Below, in pieces: positions 25,001 through 37,880 of a DNA stretch of 64,000 nt (within the stretch, counting starts at the first letter, position 1; every line of letters starts with the position of its first letter). Below the pieces are notes generated by a model. The model did not search any database. It saw only the letters and a list, made by a program, of their open reading frames with translations, and was not told the DNA's origin. Source of the DNA: Chara braunii (Eukaryota; Plantae; Charophyceae). The position numbers and the translations under genes were made by a program. The stretch spans positions 1,035,059-1,099,058 of the forward strand of contig BFEA01000012.1 of assembly GCA_003427395.1 (NCBI GenBank), in the 5' to 3' direction.

Positions 25001-27205
25001 ATGCAAAATTGCCCAGGCCTCGTTAATTGGAAGAGCACTACTAATTAACACGACAATCTTCTCCACACTGTGGTACATGGCATCCATCCGATCCGCCCCC
25101 GACGATGACCTCAAAACATTAAAAAAACAAGGCCAGATGCTACTTACGAACCGGAGACCCTAACAGGACCACGTGTATCAACAGGGTAGTCTGGAACCAC
25201 ATCATCAGGAAACCGCAGGAGGGGGGGTTGGGGCTTATTGATCCCAAACAGGAATCCATAGCACTGCAGATGAAATGGATTATCAAGATCCTAATCATAC
25301 GATCCATTTCATGGACCCAAATAGCTCTGGACAGCATAAAAAATCTAGCACCTATCAACTCCCTTCCGAACATGAGAGGTCTCTTCTGGATAATGGCGAA
25401 GGACTGGACTATGAAATCAGGCAGACAGAGAAGAAGAAACCCAACAGATCGTATTACAAACCCTACTCCAACAGCAAATCCATACTGGAAGCCAACCCTC
25501 AAAGACTGGCGAAGAATGTTGTCGAACAAACACGGTGCACCAGAAAACAGAGAAGAGGTCTTGAGACAACCTCTGTTCTGCAATTCCTGGATCGTAGACC
25601 CGAGTGGCTCACCCTAGTCACTACACACAAAAGACGAGAGATGGCTATCCTGGGTGGAAAAAGGGGTGTGGCAGGTGAAACACATTTGGGCAGAAGATCG
25701 AAGACAATGGTTAACCGAACAGGTGCTCCGAAATGAATTAAACGGCTGCCACGCCCTCACAGAAAATCTAAACCAGATTCAGAAGATCATCCCAACACAA
25801 TGGCTCTCCCTCTTAAGGGAGGACTTCTCACGGAAGTCCGGGTACTGGGGCATACTCATTTCCCAAACCCAGCCTCGCAGAGCTTACTGATTTGTATCTC
25901 GAACCAATGCACCCAGCTACCTCTCCAAATTCTTCTCCTACCCGATCACGAATCACAACCTACAAGAGCTGGAAGTTATGAACAAAGAACCCCAGTGTGA
26001 CATGCTAGAATCCTACCGATTGAGGAAAGTGAGGATCACAAAAGCCAAATGCTGGATAATCTTCCAACCTGATCTCTGCATCTCAGACCTCGAATTCGAC
26101 CCGAAAGAGTGCATCTGGAAACAGGGGAAATCCGGGAGAACGAGAACGATATTCGAATACGATGTAAGAATTCGGTTATGACTTAGGATTACAAACTACA
26201 AACCCGGATCCCAGACTCAAAGAAAAATGGAGGGAGATCCTGAACGTAGAACCTACTGACCCCGTTTCCATTCCCTGGACGAAGTACCTGTCCATCAGCC
26301 CGGTTAGGATCTGAAGCATGCAGTGGCTCGTAGCCCACTCATCCCTGCCCGTCAACGAATAGCTCCACATGAGGAGGAAACATACGGCTCCCGACAGCTC
26401 CGAATTGTGTTATGTGCACAGACAACAGACCAGAAGGCATACCCCAATGCCTCTTGTACTGTACTGAAGCAGCCTGGATATAGAACAAAGCTCGCGAACT
26501 ATGGTCACTCCTCTTCTCATCAACCCCTCCCCCCACATCTCCTCAAAACATCCTCCTTCTATCCAACAGTGATAGCAATATCAAAGGCGACAAGGGAATC
26601 TGGTTTCACCTTCTCAGGAAGCTGGCTCTGTGGGTGATCTGGAAAAGGAGGTGTACCAAGACTATCAAGACAACGGTGGCAAGGGAAGAAATGAGGGCCC
26701 TACTGTTGAGTATGACAGAAACTGAGATTCGGTGCAGATGGAGGGAGGTTACATCAACAACGAAAGTCAGACCAGAAAGGCTAGCCACTAAGAGACATTC
26801 TTTCATGAGAGACTGGCTTCTACAGGGAAAGATTGCAACAGTGGCAGATTATATATTGATCTGGAAAAATGGCACAGCGAAACTCCCGCAAGGACGATTA
26901 CCCAGCAAGGGGCAAACTGAGACCATAGTCTCAACAACACAGACAACTCTCCTCTTTTCTTGTTGCACACCAACTACATGACAGAATCAAAATGGATTCT
27001 GAGAGGAAAAGTGGTAGGGCAAGCTGACAGTCAACCCTCCTACATAGGAGCAATCAATGCTGGTCAGGGTTCCTTCGGCCACACGGAAGGAAGCGTGAGA
27101 GCGTTCACCATGTATTCCAATTCTCGACTTGCCGGTGGACAGGAACCGGACTGATGCTCCCCAGAATGGATATGGAGCCAGGACCATAAGGACCAGTTTT
27201 TATTA

Positions 27206-27237
<32 letters not shown>

Positions 27238-27241
27238 CAAA
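22070..27241 (+). mobile_element. L1/Tx1-type LINE, decayed ORF2 plus 3' UTR and (AAAAC)n tail
   Basis: APE endonuclease: ILCWNVSGL, ILLQKTHL, NLYAPN, IAGDWN, SRIDYF, DHKP. RT: RPISLL..YKILAKALANR, LFDFEKAYD, VRQGDPLAP, GRALLIN. Many stops and frameshifts and a gap at 24237-24741. Tail at 27205-27241. No ORF1 is seen. Confidence 0.92.
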
Positions 27242-29009
27242 TATCTGTACTTAACCCCAGACCTGTATATAGAAATACAAAACACATGCCCCTCGCACCG
27301 GCCCGGGCTCACCCCCCTCGAGACTGCACACACCAAACGCTCTTAGCCCACACAGAAACCCTTACCTGACCCGACGTTTGCACTAGCCCACACCTACGTA
27401 AAACCCATGCCCCCCCACCAGGCCAGGCTCACCCCCCTCAAGACACACGAACAACACAACCCCACACACACTACCTGCACTATCCTACACAAAAACCCAT
27501 GCCCCACCCGCCTGCCCCGGACTCGACCCCTCAATGCACTCAAATACCGAACACTAACCTACGAAAACATACACAACCCTGTGTCCCATCCACCAACCCC
27601 AGTCTCACCCCCCCTACTGCAAGACACCTCCCCAGGTCAATACCCCCAGGCTAATCACTGCCTCATCCCCTGGCCCTTGCCGCACCCACTGAACCCCCGA
27701 ACACACACCCAACACAACTACATTTGCTTTCACAGAGAAAACCAAAAAAACGCAACCCATAACAGAAAACAACATAACAAAAGACCTGCCTGAAAAATCA
27801 CACTCCCATCCACCTCAGTGCAATGACACTGCAATGCCAAAGCATACTCCTGGCTGCACCACTACAGGAACAGTTACTTCATAACTTTTTCATGTTATTA
27901 TCTTCAAGCGCTTTTTAACTTGACCTCTGTAAAAACACTGCCCCCCCTTCTTCCCCCCCTACAACCGCCTCCTACAGACCCTGAAGGAGATGTGCCGGTC
28001 CAGGTTCTTGGGAGTATGCATGCTGGCTCATCCGTTACTCATCAGGCGTATTCTAGAGAGGGCGGGGGGGGGGGCATCCCCTAAGGCTTTTCACGGTCGC
28101 CACTAACCGGCCGTCGGAGGGGTTGAGTTCTCCTGGCCGTCAGATGGGTTGAGTTCTCCTGCACGCAATACGCCAACACAGAACATACAAGACAGGCAGC
28201 CATATTCATGCAAGTAGGAAGGAGACGTCTGTATACCACTTCATCGCTTCGAGTTCCTCTTGCGGATACTCTCGCAGCGGAATGTCCACGGCCATGTTCC
28301 GCCGAAGCTCCCAACGTCCAGACTGGGCACGTCAACCGTAGGCCAAGAGCAATTTGCAAAGCGCCCAAAATGAACAGTTGTATTGTGTTGGGGGACCAGG
28401 AGCTGACCAATGTAGCTGGTCTATACTGGGTGCAGGCTTAAGTTCATGGACGGTAGAGTAGGCTTCCTACTGGGGCTACTGACGGTCGGGATTTGGGATC
28501 CGGTTTGGTAGTTGCCGAGTGCTTCTCGCCTATTGTCGTCTGCTTTTTCCTTAGCTTAGCACCTCGTTTCTGCCGAGCATTTCTAGTCTTTCACCTTTCA
28601 GCTTTGTCGCAAAGATTCCCAAGTTAGTTCTCCCACCTATTATTGTAGTCACCTTTTCGCTTGAGTTTCATCTGTCCTGTTTTTATTTTTTCTTGAGTCC
28701 CTGGGTCCTAAGATCACGTCTTTCCCTGTTGGTCTGCTTGTCACCCCATTTTCCTTTTGCGTTTTCTCCACTGCGTAAGTTTTCCATTGTCTTGATCATG
28801 TTCGCAGATCAGGTCCCATTGCTTCCCTCTACTGGTGCTCATCTATTTACCTGTTTACCTCGTTCTTTCGTCCCGAGTTTGAGTCCCCCTGCTTTCCCTG
28901 CTCATTTTCTTACCTGTTACCTGTGCTTTCATCCTGAGTTCGAGTCCCTCTGCTCCTTTTGTCTTTCTCACCTGTATTCTGTATTCTGATTGTGTGTCTG
29001 TATATGTGT

Positions 29010-29057
<48 letters not shown>

Positions 29058-29619
29058 ACACATGTCAACCTCCGCGACACTGCCGCATTGTTGAAGGGTA
29101 TGGTTTAAAACAACATGTGAAAAACGCCCGCCACCCTCTATCTCCGTGAAAGGAATGCACAAAAAAATCATGCAAAGGCCAAACAAATAAGCACCGAAAA
29201 TAGTACAGCAAAGGGCGGAAAACAACACGTCAACGAACGAGCAGCTGGCAGCAAGGGACAAAGGTTGGAGGGCATGGGGGAGGCGGGCGGGAAGGCAAAA
29301 GACACACAAAGCACCAAGGCACGAAAGGCAGCACAGCAAAAGACATAGGGTGGATGGCCTGGGGGAGGCAAGCGGGCCGACAAACAGCACTAGGCAGAAA
29401 AAACGAGCCGGCAACAAGTCAAGGAGGAACACTAGGGCAGTTGAGCAGTAGCACGGAACGTAGGCTGGAGAGCACAGGGGGGCCGGGTGGGTAGGCAAAC
29501 AGCACCAAGCAAGAAAAGAACCAATAGGAAGTCAAGAAGCAGCAAGGCACCAAGACGACAAGGGAGACAAAAGAACAAGTACCAAAAAAAGCAAAGCGAA
29601 AAAAAGAAAAACTGGTGAT

Positions 29620-29675
29620 AGATTGTTTCGCCGCAGTTGCACCGACTCATCAGGAGGCTGAACCCTCGACAATCT
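29620..29675 (-). ncRNA. Type III hammerhead ribozyme
   Basis: Minus strand reads AGATTGT-C^-GAGG(GTTCAG)CCTC-CTGATGA-GTCG(GTGCAACTG)CGGC-GAA-ACAATCT. All three stems, the CUGAUGA/GAAA core and a GUC cleavage triplet are present. Confidence 0.88.
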
Positions 29676-30916
29676 GCGGAATCTCCGTATTTGATGGTTT
29701 GGGTCACGAACCCTTTGACCCTTGTTGAAGATAGACTGCCCCCAAGCGGAACATAGCAGCGGGCAGCAACCCTGTGGAGCACCAGGCAACACAGTAGAGG
29801 CAACACGGCTGCACAACAGCAAAAACGACTGCAAGGAATGGCATGGCACGCAGGACATAGAGCGCGGCAACCTTGCAGTGAAGCACAAGGCAACCACACT
29901 GCAAGGGACGACAGGGCGGGCGGACCAGCAGCTCAGCAACCATGCAGTGAAGCACAAGGCACCAGCAACAAGGCAACCAACGTACAAGGCACACAAACAA
30001 GTGGCAAACACGGAAGGCATGGACAGTGGATGAGCGGCAAGGCAGCGGAGCAGCGAAGCGCAAGGCAACACCAACAACACGGCCACACCACACAGCGAAC
30101 ACAGCAATTTGCAAAGAACCACATGCGAAGCCAGCAGGACAGGCAGCAAGGCAGGGGCGGAGCAGAGACGAGGCAGTCCACACATCCAACACGGAGCAAA
30201 GCGACACATGACCTACTCACATCTTTTTTTTTTTCTACACCTCTTTTTTGAGAAAAAATTAAGAAGACCTCCTTCTACCAGCATTGATTACCCCGGAAAC
30301 CAGGGGATTAACTGAGCAGGGACACCCTTCGATGATAGGTCAAAAATTAGGAAAATATGGAAAAACATGCAACCCCTGGAACAATCAACCCAAAAGATCC
30401 TGCCTACATCATCGAAAGGAAAAACCTCAAGTTGTTCCAGGCGGAGTTAGCAAGTGGCCGGTACCCTCCAAAGTACTTGGCGCCAATCGCATCCACTCCA
30501 ATTCCCTCCATCTTAGTCTCCTCCGTCCTTCCTAACTCCGTCCTCGTAAAGAATTCCAGGGGACCACTTCTCAGCAGGGGTGAGAACCATCATCACCTGA
30601 AGTTCCTTACCCCCATAAGAACTCAAGTCTCCGTCCTCAAAAAGGTGAACTAGCACTCATCACAATTGAACCCCGCAGACTGTTGGTTCCCCCCACCCAC
30701 TGAGCCAGGGAGTCACTCCGACGAGCATCCGTCATCACCCACAGGCAACACAAACATCCCGAACTGAGCGGCCCCCCTAAGAGTGCAGTAGGCACTCCAA
30801 ATGCGGAACCTCCGACTGTTTGGCACCTCTAAAGGGTGCTCAGTTGGGTAAGCAAAAATACTTAGAAAAAACAAACGGAAACAGACAACAAGAGGAGAAC
30901 AGACAAACATAAAACT

Positions 30917-30996
<80 letters not shown>

Positions 30997-33900
30997 GCCA
31001 TTTCACCTATAGCATCCATGAGCACTTGGACTCCAGTCACAGGCCATCGATACCTGCAAGAGAAACCATAAAGAGGAGAAGAGGGGGAGGAGGGAGGAGA
31101 GAGGATAGAGAGGCAGAGAGGCAGAGAGGGAGCAATGATGGCAGGGGCATCAGAGTTGGTATAGTAGCCAACAGAGGAGGGATGGTGCATCCCCTAAAGC
31201 GCTTCTCGCCTCTTGCGCCGTCACAGCTCATCAGAGGGCGATTGTCCCCTGGCTCCCTGTATGGGGGCGAGCAAGTGGCGTGATAGGAAGAGTAGCGCGT
31301 TTTACATGAGGTAGGAACTCACCGCATTCTCATCGACGTCAGCCTCGGTGATGAACTCATCAATTGCTGCCATCGCAGTATCACAGTCTCGGAGAGGGAG
31401 ACTACCACAAACCATCGCAGTATCAGAGAAAGGTCTATATCTGGCAATTGTCAGCTCACCACTACAGTTGAACTCTGTTCTGGACAGAGTGCCTGCGGTT
31501 AGAATGGAGAGGAAGAAGAATGCTGGCCTAGTGTTGTCAGTTGGCTATGGTGGAAGATGTTCCCAGCAAGTAGCAGTACGTTGGCTCGGGAGGAAGAGAT
31601 AATGGAGGTAGAGTGGAGATAGCATGCATCCAACGGTGGCATCAGCCTCGTAGCAGATGAGGACCTAGGCAACCATTGGTGTGCAGTGCGGATATGTAGT
31701 GAGGATTAGTGAGTGGGGTGGTGAGAAGAAGTTGGGAGAATGCATTGTGAGGAGGGGTATGACTGGTGGGGGAATGGGGAATGGGTGTAGCATTGGGTGT
31801 CATGATGTCAATGGGCTGTACTGCGGAGGGTGGGTCGAGCGGGGGCTATGGGCTAGTGCGCTGCAGCAACACGCTGCTTTGCAGCAGGGACGGCGGGAGC
31901 ACGGGTCATCAGGTGGCGGGTTCTGGCACAGAGTGGCCATTGTCCTGCAACCTAAGTACAACGGGTAATGGATGCAGGGCGGGAGAGTGGTGTAGCATGA
32001 GTCCATGGTGTTGGTGTGGGTTGCAATGAGGGTAGTGTGTGTTTTCATGTGATGTCCTGAGCAGGAGCTTTATTCTGAGTGTTACGATCCTGGCCAATTT
32101 CAAAGTATACATTCATCTGAAAGTACAATGCCATCCGATTGCAAAAAGAAATGAATGAACTTGAGAGGAAAGAGAGGGAAAGAAGAAGAAGAAGAAATGA
32201 GAAAGAAGAAGATGATGATGTGCTCCAGCATAGACCAATGTCAAGGCTCTTCTTCTTCGCCAATCAATCCCTTCCTCCTTATCTCCTCCCTCTTATTCAA
32301 ACAAGAAATAACAATAATAATGTTGAATGACTGAACCAGAATCAATGTCCAAATCCCACTTCTACTGCAGGCACAACATGAGGTCCACCATAGCCATGGC
32401 AACCCTTCTTCTTCCCCACATACAGGCCGAGGCTATGGTGGATTACTGAGGCTTCAGCCTCCTGTCCAAAGGACAACTCAAAGCAGCTATGCCGCTGCCC
32501 CACTTCAAGGTCATCACCATGCAGCTATGCCGCTGCCCATTCAGCCACCATGCCTGACTCTGTTCCGAGCTTCCTTGATGCGGCACTACCCCCACTGGGG
32601 CCTTCCTGATGCAGCGCCTAGCAAGGACATGAAGATGGTGTCTACCATAGCCAGTAAGTACCTCGCCACTCTCCCCCTTGGTCCCCTTCTCCCTCCTCCT
32701 CCTACCGGTAGAGCTCCACCATAGCCAAGGTGGAAGCTCCCGGCTTCTTCCTCCCAGCAGCGCTGNNGTNCCCAGNGCTACTCCAGCCAGCGCTCCAGCA
32801 GCGTGNCGCCNAACTNGCACACTGAAGAATGAGACTGGGCTCTCCGCCCTGCCTCTTGATATAGCGGCCTACTTGCCTCCTGGGCGGTGACTTCCAGGCC
32901 GCTCGGCCTCTCCAAGCAACCGGTACCTCCTCCGTTTCAGAGGGAAACATCATTGCAGACCCTGATATTACCCGTACAGGCTCTAGACTTAGACTGGTTG
33001 GACTGGTACCGGCCTAGACCTACCCTACCGCTACTGGACTCTAAAAATGCCAACTTTGTCTTTTTCTGCTCGGCTTCCGGTACCCCTTCCCGCCAACTGC
33101 AGTGGGGTGCAGTATCGGCCTACCGGCCCACTTGAGTGTTTTTCCGCTACCCTAAGGGCCGCGGGGCCGCTAGCTTCGCCACTTGAGTGTTTTTCCCTGC
33201 TACAACCCTCAATGCCACGGCCACAGGCAAGTACCGGCCCTACGGGCCTGCCAAACAAGCAAGTACCCTTGCGGGTCACACACACACTCATACCGACAAG
33301 CACTCAGACAGCATGCAGGTCACAAGCACGCACACACAGACAGACTTGGAAAACACAGCAGAATGCGGGAATCTCAGCAAGGCATCCATTCCATCGGCAG
33401 AACTTCAGAAATCAGCAGTGTTCTCAGTCTGTGTTTTGACGGGTCATTACATGAGCTTGCAGGTGGGGTTGAGCATGAGTAGCAGAGGTGGTGTGTTTTT
33501 GAGCGCGAGGCAAATGGTAGGAGCGAGGTAGTATGGATCCAGATCCAAGGCTATGGTGTGCGTCTGTTTGGAGTGTTGCACATATGTGCCAGGGGAAGTT
33601 TGGCCCGTTGTGCCACTCTGAACCGGTGCGCATGAAAGCAGTGTTCTTTTTTCTGTTTTTAGCTTTTTAGCAGGCCCGGGCCCGGGTGGGGTATTAGCGA
33701 AGGTTCCGCACTTATGTTTTTTGTGGCGTTTTGTGATGGAGTCCTTGATGAGTCCAAGGGTTTTGTCAACCGACCTTCGAGTCATACAAGCCTGGGAGAA
33801 AATATGCTGACTTCTACCAGTTCATTGAAGCTTCAGAAAGAATACTATACTTTGTACAGGATCCTGTGCAGCTCCAACAGTGAAGAAGGGGAGTTTTCGC

Positions 33901-34034
33901 AGGCCCACCGTAAGGTCGTCCGCAATTGCGCCCCCCCCCTTCAAGTGTAAGGAGGGGCTCAGTCTCAGTCCTGTAATCTCGTTATTGTACCTGATATTAT
34001 CTAACAGAATCCAACTGCAGAAAAAATAAAATAG

Positions 34035-35560
34035 GCAAGGGCGCACCCTTGCCTCAACGAATGGGTAAGTTGGAACTCAGGTTATTGACCATTACTGTCG
34101 ATATAGTGTTCGTGTACATTGCATGATCCAATTGGAAAAGCCAGCCCCGAAGCTCATTTTAATGAGAGTGGTTGATACAAATGCCCACCCCACTTTGTCA
34201 TAGGCCTTCTCCATATCAAGGAGGACCACCACATCACGTTGAGCCTGAACTGTAGTAAGTATGTTTTCAATTATTGATTGGCCCTTGACGGAGGCCCCTT
34301 GTTCCCAGCCTAAAAATGAGGAAGTTTAGAAGCTAGCCGAAGGGCAAGAATCTTCGCCAGGATTTGCAACATCTAGCGTCGATATAGGATGATGATTCGT
34401 TTGTCATCCTTCTTGTTTAATAAAGTCGTTGACAAAATTCACAGGCAGGGAACCCGTTGTTAGGGCTTTGTTGTATATTTGATACAAAAAGGGGACGAAT
34501 GCCTCCCAAGAGCTCAGCAAAAAGCTCAACAGCGAGGTCGTCAATGCCTGGGTATTTGCCCAAGGCCATCTGTTTTGCTGCAAGATGAAGCTCCCCTTCC
34601 GTTAGTGGGGCCTCCAAATTTTCCTTAGTCAAGTTGTTGATGCAGGCCCTAGGGCGCTCCTAAAATTTCAAATGCATTGACAGATCCGAGTCAAAGCGAT
34701 CATATGGCCTTCGAGTTGAGACTATGTCCCGAAAGTAGTCTCAAGCATAAGCGCATAGATCTTGTGCCTCATATGCCACTGGTTTCTGCAAATCAAAATG
34801 ATGGACAAGTGACCTTACTGCTGACTTGGTTTGTCTGAGCAGCAATGATCTAAACATCAACTTCGTCATCCTATCGTATCCCACTATGCCCCTCAATTTC
34901 AACCATTCTAACCAATCAGATTGTTTCTGCAATTCCAAGGTCTCCAAATGGCAAAGAGTTGTTTGCCTTTTTTCTGCCTAATAATGGTCCAAGAAGGGAT
35001 CCTGACACAACTTGGATTCTGCTTCTTCCACCAATCTTAACAGTTTGAGCTTTTTCCAATGGCAATTGAACGCTTTCATTCAAGAGAAGGCCACTAAGAC
35101 CTCCCTAATAATTCTCACTCCCACCTTCGTCCATTGATCCTCCGTCTCAAATAAATCCTTCACGTCCAACCACCTGGGCATTTGAGCGGAGACCCAGGCT
35201 AGAATCCCCTTATCTATAAGGATATAAACATTCAAATGGAAGGAGGACCTGGTTGTCTGCACCAGGTCTCTAGCCAAGACATGAATGTATACTGGATAGT
35301 GGTCAAAGACAGCGATCCCATAAAACCCCTCGTGATGCAATAAAAATCTAATCTTCTATGGGGTTGGGGGGGGTTCTCATCAGGCTTGAGGCCGAACCAT
35401 GCAAATCCATGGTCATCAGGATGCATAGTTTTGTATGTGTCCACCAGGCTTTGGGCCTCCAAAAAAGTCATTAGCAAGGTGCTATCCGACATGATCCGGG
35501 TGGGCTCTGGAAAGTCCAACCCAGGATTCAGTGTGGCGTTCCAGTCCCCTAGTATGGCCC
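34035..35560 (-). mobile_element. Highly decayed internal LINE ORF2 fragment (endonuclease to RT)
   Basis: ILGDWNATL, LVDTYK, RRLDFY, DHYPV (APE); MALGKYPGIDDL, VLLDMEKAYDKV, LRQGCAL (RT). Confidence 0.85.
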
Positions 35561-36041
35561 AGTGTTGGTCCCCGGTTGGACCAGGGACCCCTCCCCCGAC
35601 CGGGAGCCTCCCAGTTGGACCGGCTGCCAGTTCCCCCCAGCGCATTTTTGTTGGGGACGGGAATTTTATTTATTTTTGGCATGTGTTGCATTTTACCTCG
35701 TAGAACCTGTTGGGGTCACGAAACATAAGAACCGGGGCTGATAGGCCTCTCTGTTAATGAAACAAAACCACTAATCTTTGTTCATCGGTGGCCAAGATCG
35801 TCCGCAATTCAAACTTGGGGGGGGGTTCAAACGGCACAAGCGGAAGACTACACCGCCCCCCCTCCTCGGCTTCGAAGTTGGCACGTTTTCGAAGCCTGTC
35901 GGCCAGCGCCGGGCGACCTGTTATGCCTGTTTCACACTTGGAGATCCGCATCTCCAAGTGTGAAACAAGCATGACAGCAGCACTATCGAGGGAGACGCCC
36001 CGTGCTGCTGTGCCGCCGCACAAGGCTGCCATGAGGAGTCA

Positions 36042-36135
<94 letters not shown>

Positions 36136-37574
36136 NNNNNNNNNNNNNNNNNNNNNNNNNNNNNNNNNNNNNNNNNNNNNNNNNNNNNNNNNNNNNNNNN
36201 NNNNNNNNNNNNNNNNNNNNNNNNNNNNNNNNNNNNNNNNNNNNNNNNNNNNNNNNNNNNNNNNNNNNNNNNNNNNNNNNNNNNNNNNNNNNNNNNNNNN
36301 NNNNNNNNNNNNNNNNNNNNNNNNNNNNNNNNNNNNNNNNNNNNNNNNNNNNNNNNNNNNNNNNNNNNNNNNNNNNNNNNNNNNNNNNNNNNNNNNNNNN
36401 NNNNNNNNNNNNNNNNNNNNNNNNNNNNNNNNNNNNNNNNNNNNNNNNNNNNNNNNNNNNNNNNNNNNNNNNNNNNNNTCTGCCGCCTCCTCCTCCTCTT
36501 CTTCTTCCTCCTCACATCTTTTTATCCTTTTCTCCTCCACTCCCCTTCATTCCCCCCCCTTTTTGTCTGACAAAAAACAACGTTGCCCATTGAGATGGCC
36601 CCCCGCACCCCCCGTCAACACGCAAACCCCTCCTTTTTTCTTTTTTTCTTCTTTTTTTTGACAAAAAACAGTCCCTCCAGTGCTAGCAATGCTGTTTAGA
36701 GCAGACATCGCTAGCACCTGGGGAGAGGCTCCATCTATTGGTGGGGAGCGTCACATGCTGGAAAATGGGTCCAACGTCCCTTACACAGTTGATACAGTAT
36801 GATACATAGAAGGAGAATTGGATGGTGTCTGGAGGGTGCCTGCCAACATTGATTGCTCTGGAATCCAGAGGATTGACTGAGCAGGTGTGAACATGACCCG
36901 AACAGTGGAACTGAAAGCTGGTGGCCCCCATCTCCCTCTCCAACCCTGTGCCCAGTCAGGATTCCGGCCCATCCCCCAAATGAACCTACACTTCGACATT
37001 GTCCTCCGTCGGTCCTACCCTGCTGCCACGCACCCACACTGGCAGGGAATTTGAAGCATTGCTGAGTGAAGCAAGCTAAAACTAATAAAAATTTGTGAAT
37101 CTCAATCATATATGAAAACTCAATTAAGTGTTGGGGTATATTTGCAGTAGTTTAGAGGGCAGGGATGATATGAGAGACCCGGTGAAGAGCAAACTAGAGT
37201 TGTATCCATTGGGTGCGTGGTGGGAAACCCGTCTAGGCAACAAAGACTCTTTACAATGTTTTGGATAGTGAGGTTAAGAGTAACCCTAATGTCTACTCCT
37301 CCCTCCCAGCTCTGAGTCATTGAGTCTCCTCTTCTTTTTAGTTTGATAAATCTTGGAAGTTGGATAGGTTGTCCTCAATCGTTTACTCTCTCTTGATAAA
37401 ATTAAAATATCCAGTTTAAAATTTAGTGAGTACTTAGTTCGAAATTTAGATTTGAATTGTATCGGAGAATTTAGTTTGCCTTTGGAAATAATTTTAGGAT
37501 CTTCTTGAATTGCCTTGTGCTTTGTCGAGATTTGTAGATTATAGCTCGTTGTTCTTTGAGAATAGTGTTTCGAA

Positions 37575-37636
<62 letters not shown>
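37575..37636. repeat. (AAT)n microsatellite
   Basis: About 20 perfect AAT units. Confidence 0.95.
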
Positions 37637-37639
<3 letters not shown>

Positions 37640-37880
37640 TGGATAACCCAGACTAAAACGAACTAAAAAACAGACTGAAACTGAATGACAAACGCAGGCT
37701 AAACTAAATAAAACAGACTACAACACAAACGGTCTGGAACACAGACTAAAAGGCGAACCAGAACAGAGTAAAACAGATGAAAAAAGCAGACTGAAATGGC
37801 TAGACCGAGTGAAAAAAGACTAAAACAGACAAAAGACAGACTAAAGTAAGGTACCGAAGAGGCAGAATGGATTAGAAAAT

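Noticed and set aside
28968-30251. Cys/Leu-rich overlapping ORFs
   Set aside because: Low-complexity sequence open in several frames, with no recognisable domain.
31205-31250. Second hammerhead candidate (CTGATGAG on the minus strand)
   Set aside because: GAAA is replaced by GCAA, and there is no convincing stem I/III or NUH site. Other CTGATGA hits inspected also lack the core.
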